From: Actinomycetes bacterium
GTDB lineage: Bacteria > Actinomycetota > Acidimicrobiia > Acidimicrobiales > JANYDT01
Assembly: GCA_031368095.1 (NCBI GenBank)
Contig: JANLQX010000514.1
Span: forward strand, 1 to 58,939
Reading direction: 5' to 3'
Length of the DNA stretch: 58,939 nucleotides
In this document: positions 58,143 to 58,939 of the stretch, in pieces
Position numbering within the stretch: position 1 is the stretch's first letter
Layout of the letters: each line of letters begins with the position of its first letter
Made by a program: the position numbers and the translations under genes
Notes under the pieces: model-generated
The model's database searches: none
Told to the model about the DNA's origin: nothing
Seen by the model: only the letters and a program-made list of their open reading frames with translations

Positions 58143-58939
58143 TGGAACAGATGCAATTTATAAACGACATCCCCAGGAACTTGGCAATAGCAGCCCATGC
58201 GGGAACCAGCTTTGTGCCGGAAAGGCGCGGGGACGCAGAGCGAGAGTCCTACGCTTCCGAAATGGCGGCGGACTATGCAAGGCTGGCCAAGCACGCTGAC
58301 ACCCCAGAAAAGCAGGCGCAACTAGAAGAAGAGTTTGCTAGGTATCGAACGGGGTATGCGGCCAGAACCAGGCTATACCTTTCCGCAAGGTCTAGGTGCC
58401 TGTCAACAATGATAACTGGCCCTTCAAATTTCAATACTCGCAGGAACACCAAAGCCAACAATTCCGAGCGCAACAAACTGGATGAATTGGTTGGATTCAG
58501 AGAGCGGGCTTTAAAGGCGATTATAAAGAAAATGCACCCTGAGCTCAGGCCTATAATGGCTGGTGATGGCGATGCACTGGAGCGCCTGCAAGAAAAGCTG
58601 GATACGCTGGAATCCAACCAGGAAATGATGGTCGCAGTAAACGCCACTATACGCAAGTACGCCAAGGAAGGGGCGGAAGCCCAGGTGGCCGGATTGATTG
58701 ATCTGGGGGTTTCTAGGGTCAGAGCTGTCGCGCTTCTCGTCCCGGATTTTTGTAAGCGAATCGGCTTTCCATCCTACTCTCTGACCAACAACGGCGCAAA
58801 TATTCGGCGACTCAAAGGGCGCTTGGAAGCCCTTTCCAAAACTAAGACCCAAGAGGAAACGGAAACGATCGGCGAAGCCGCCACCGTGAACGATTGCCCG
58901 GCAGAAAACAGGATCCGCTTGACGTTCCCGGGCAAGCCC
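58142..58939 (+). CDS. DUF3560-like protein, N-terminal part (runs off the window end and continues at 1..279)
   Basis: ATG 58142 with no stop before 58939. The joined gene is 312 codons. Confidence 0.7.
   Translation, partial: MEQMQFINDIPRNLAIAAHAGTSFVPERRGDAERESYASEMAADYARLAKHADTPEKQAQLEEEFARYRTGYAARTRLYLSARSRCLSTMITGPSNFNTRRNTKANNSERNKLDELVGFRERALKAIIKKMHPELRPIMAGDGDALERLQEKLDTLESNQEMMVAVNATIRKYAKEGAEAQVAGLIDLGVSRVRAVALLVPDFCKRIGFPSYSLTNNGANIRRLKGRLEALSKTKTQEETETIGEAATVNDCPAENRIRLTFPGKP
58799..58939. repeat. Terminal direct repeat copy 2 (identical to 1-141)
   Basis: Exact duplicate of the window start. Consistent with circular assembly overlap or terminal redundancy. Confidence 0.95.

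Larger units (their letters stand above)
1..58939. mobile_element. Complete temperate siphovirus-type phage genome, circularly closed assembly (unit length 58,798 bp)
   Basis: Contains TerS/TerL, portal, S78 protease, HK97-type MCP, G/G-T chaperone, tape measure and tail fibres, plus integrase, excisionase, attP and an XRE repressor. The window ends are an exact 141-bp overlap. Confidence 0.85.

Overview
The window is a complete, self-closing genome of a temperate siphovirus-type phage with an HK97-lineage capsid. The last 141 nt repeat the first 141 nt exactly, giving a unit length of 58,798 bp. The host cannot be identified from the sequence. About 90 genes are present and all but three are on the + strand. 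Many are translationally coupled through ATGA, GTGA or TAATG overlaps.

Layout, in window order:
- **Early recombination unit (304-6079):** a sigma70-like early promoter drives a Cys-rich acidic-tail protein, a fused SbcD-SbcC (Mre11-Rad50-like) 1285-aa protein, and Ea22-like and small Zn-finger genes.
- **Immunity patch (6112-7765):** an AT-rich region with a minus-strand XRE repressor plus lipoprotein, facing a divergent RHH-like gene.
- **Replication and DNA-modification block (7806-12319):** an inverted-repeat cluster, a DUF1376-T5orf172 fusion, an N6-adenine methyltransferase, a Cys-less Gp37/Gp68 (DUF5131) protein, a DUF3850 protein and a DUF1064-like nuclease.
- **Integration module (12316-13731):** excisionase, tyrosine integrase and an attP core that is the 3' half of tRNA-Lys(CUU).
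- **Small-gene run (14049-22124):** includes three ASCH/PUA-like proteins and an ASCH-ParB-PAPS-reductase (IbrAB-like) module.
- **Late operon (22298-53770):** M15 peptidase, Clp_N-like protein, TerS/TerL, a portal-MuF fusion, S78 protease, HK97 major capsid protein, connectors, a 1224-aa LamG/propeller/[ST]DE[KR]-repeat fibre, tail tube, G/G-T chaperone with an A_AAA_AAC -1 frameshift, tape measure, large tail proteins, tail fibre, glycosyltransferase, and a TM/coiled-coil protein.
- **Hairpin/terminator cluster (53829-54011).**
- **Three more early units (54031-58939, wrapping to 279):** a beta-clamp-like protein, a SpoVG-like protein, an HTH regulator, RadC and DUF3560.

The most notable unexplained signals are three families of recurring intergenic motifs, the candidate DNA-modification modules, the repeat-rich fibre, and several short coupled ORFs missing from the >=60-aa ORF track. 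All family assignments come from motif recognition by eye. No homology search was run.
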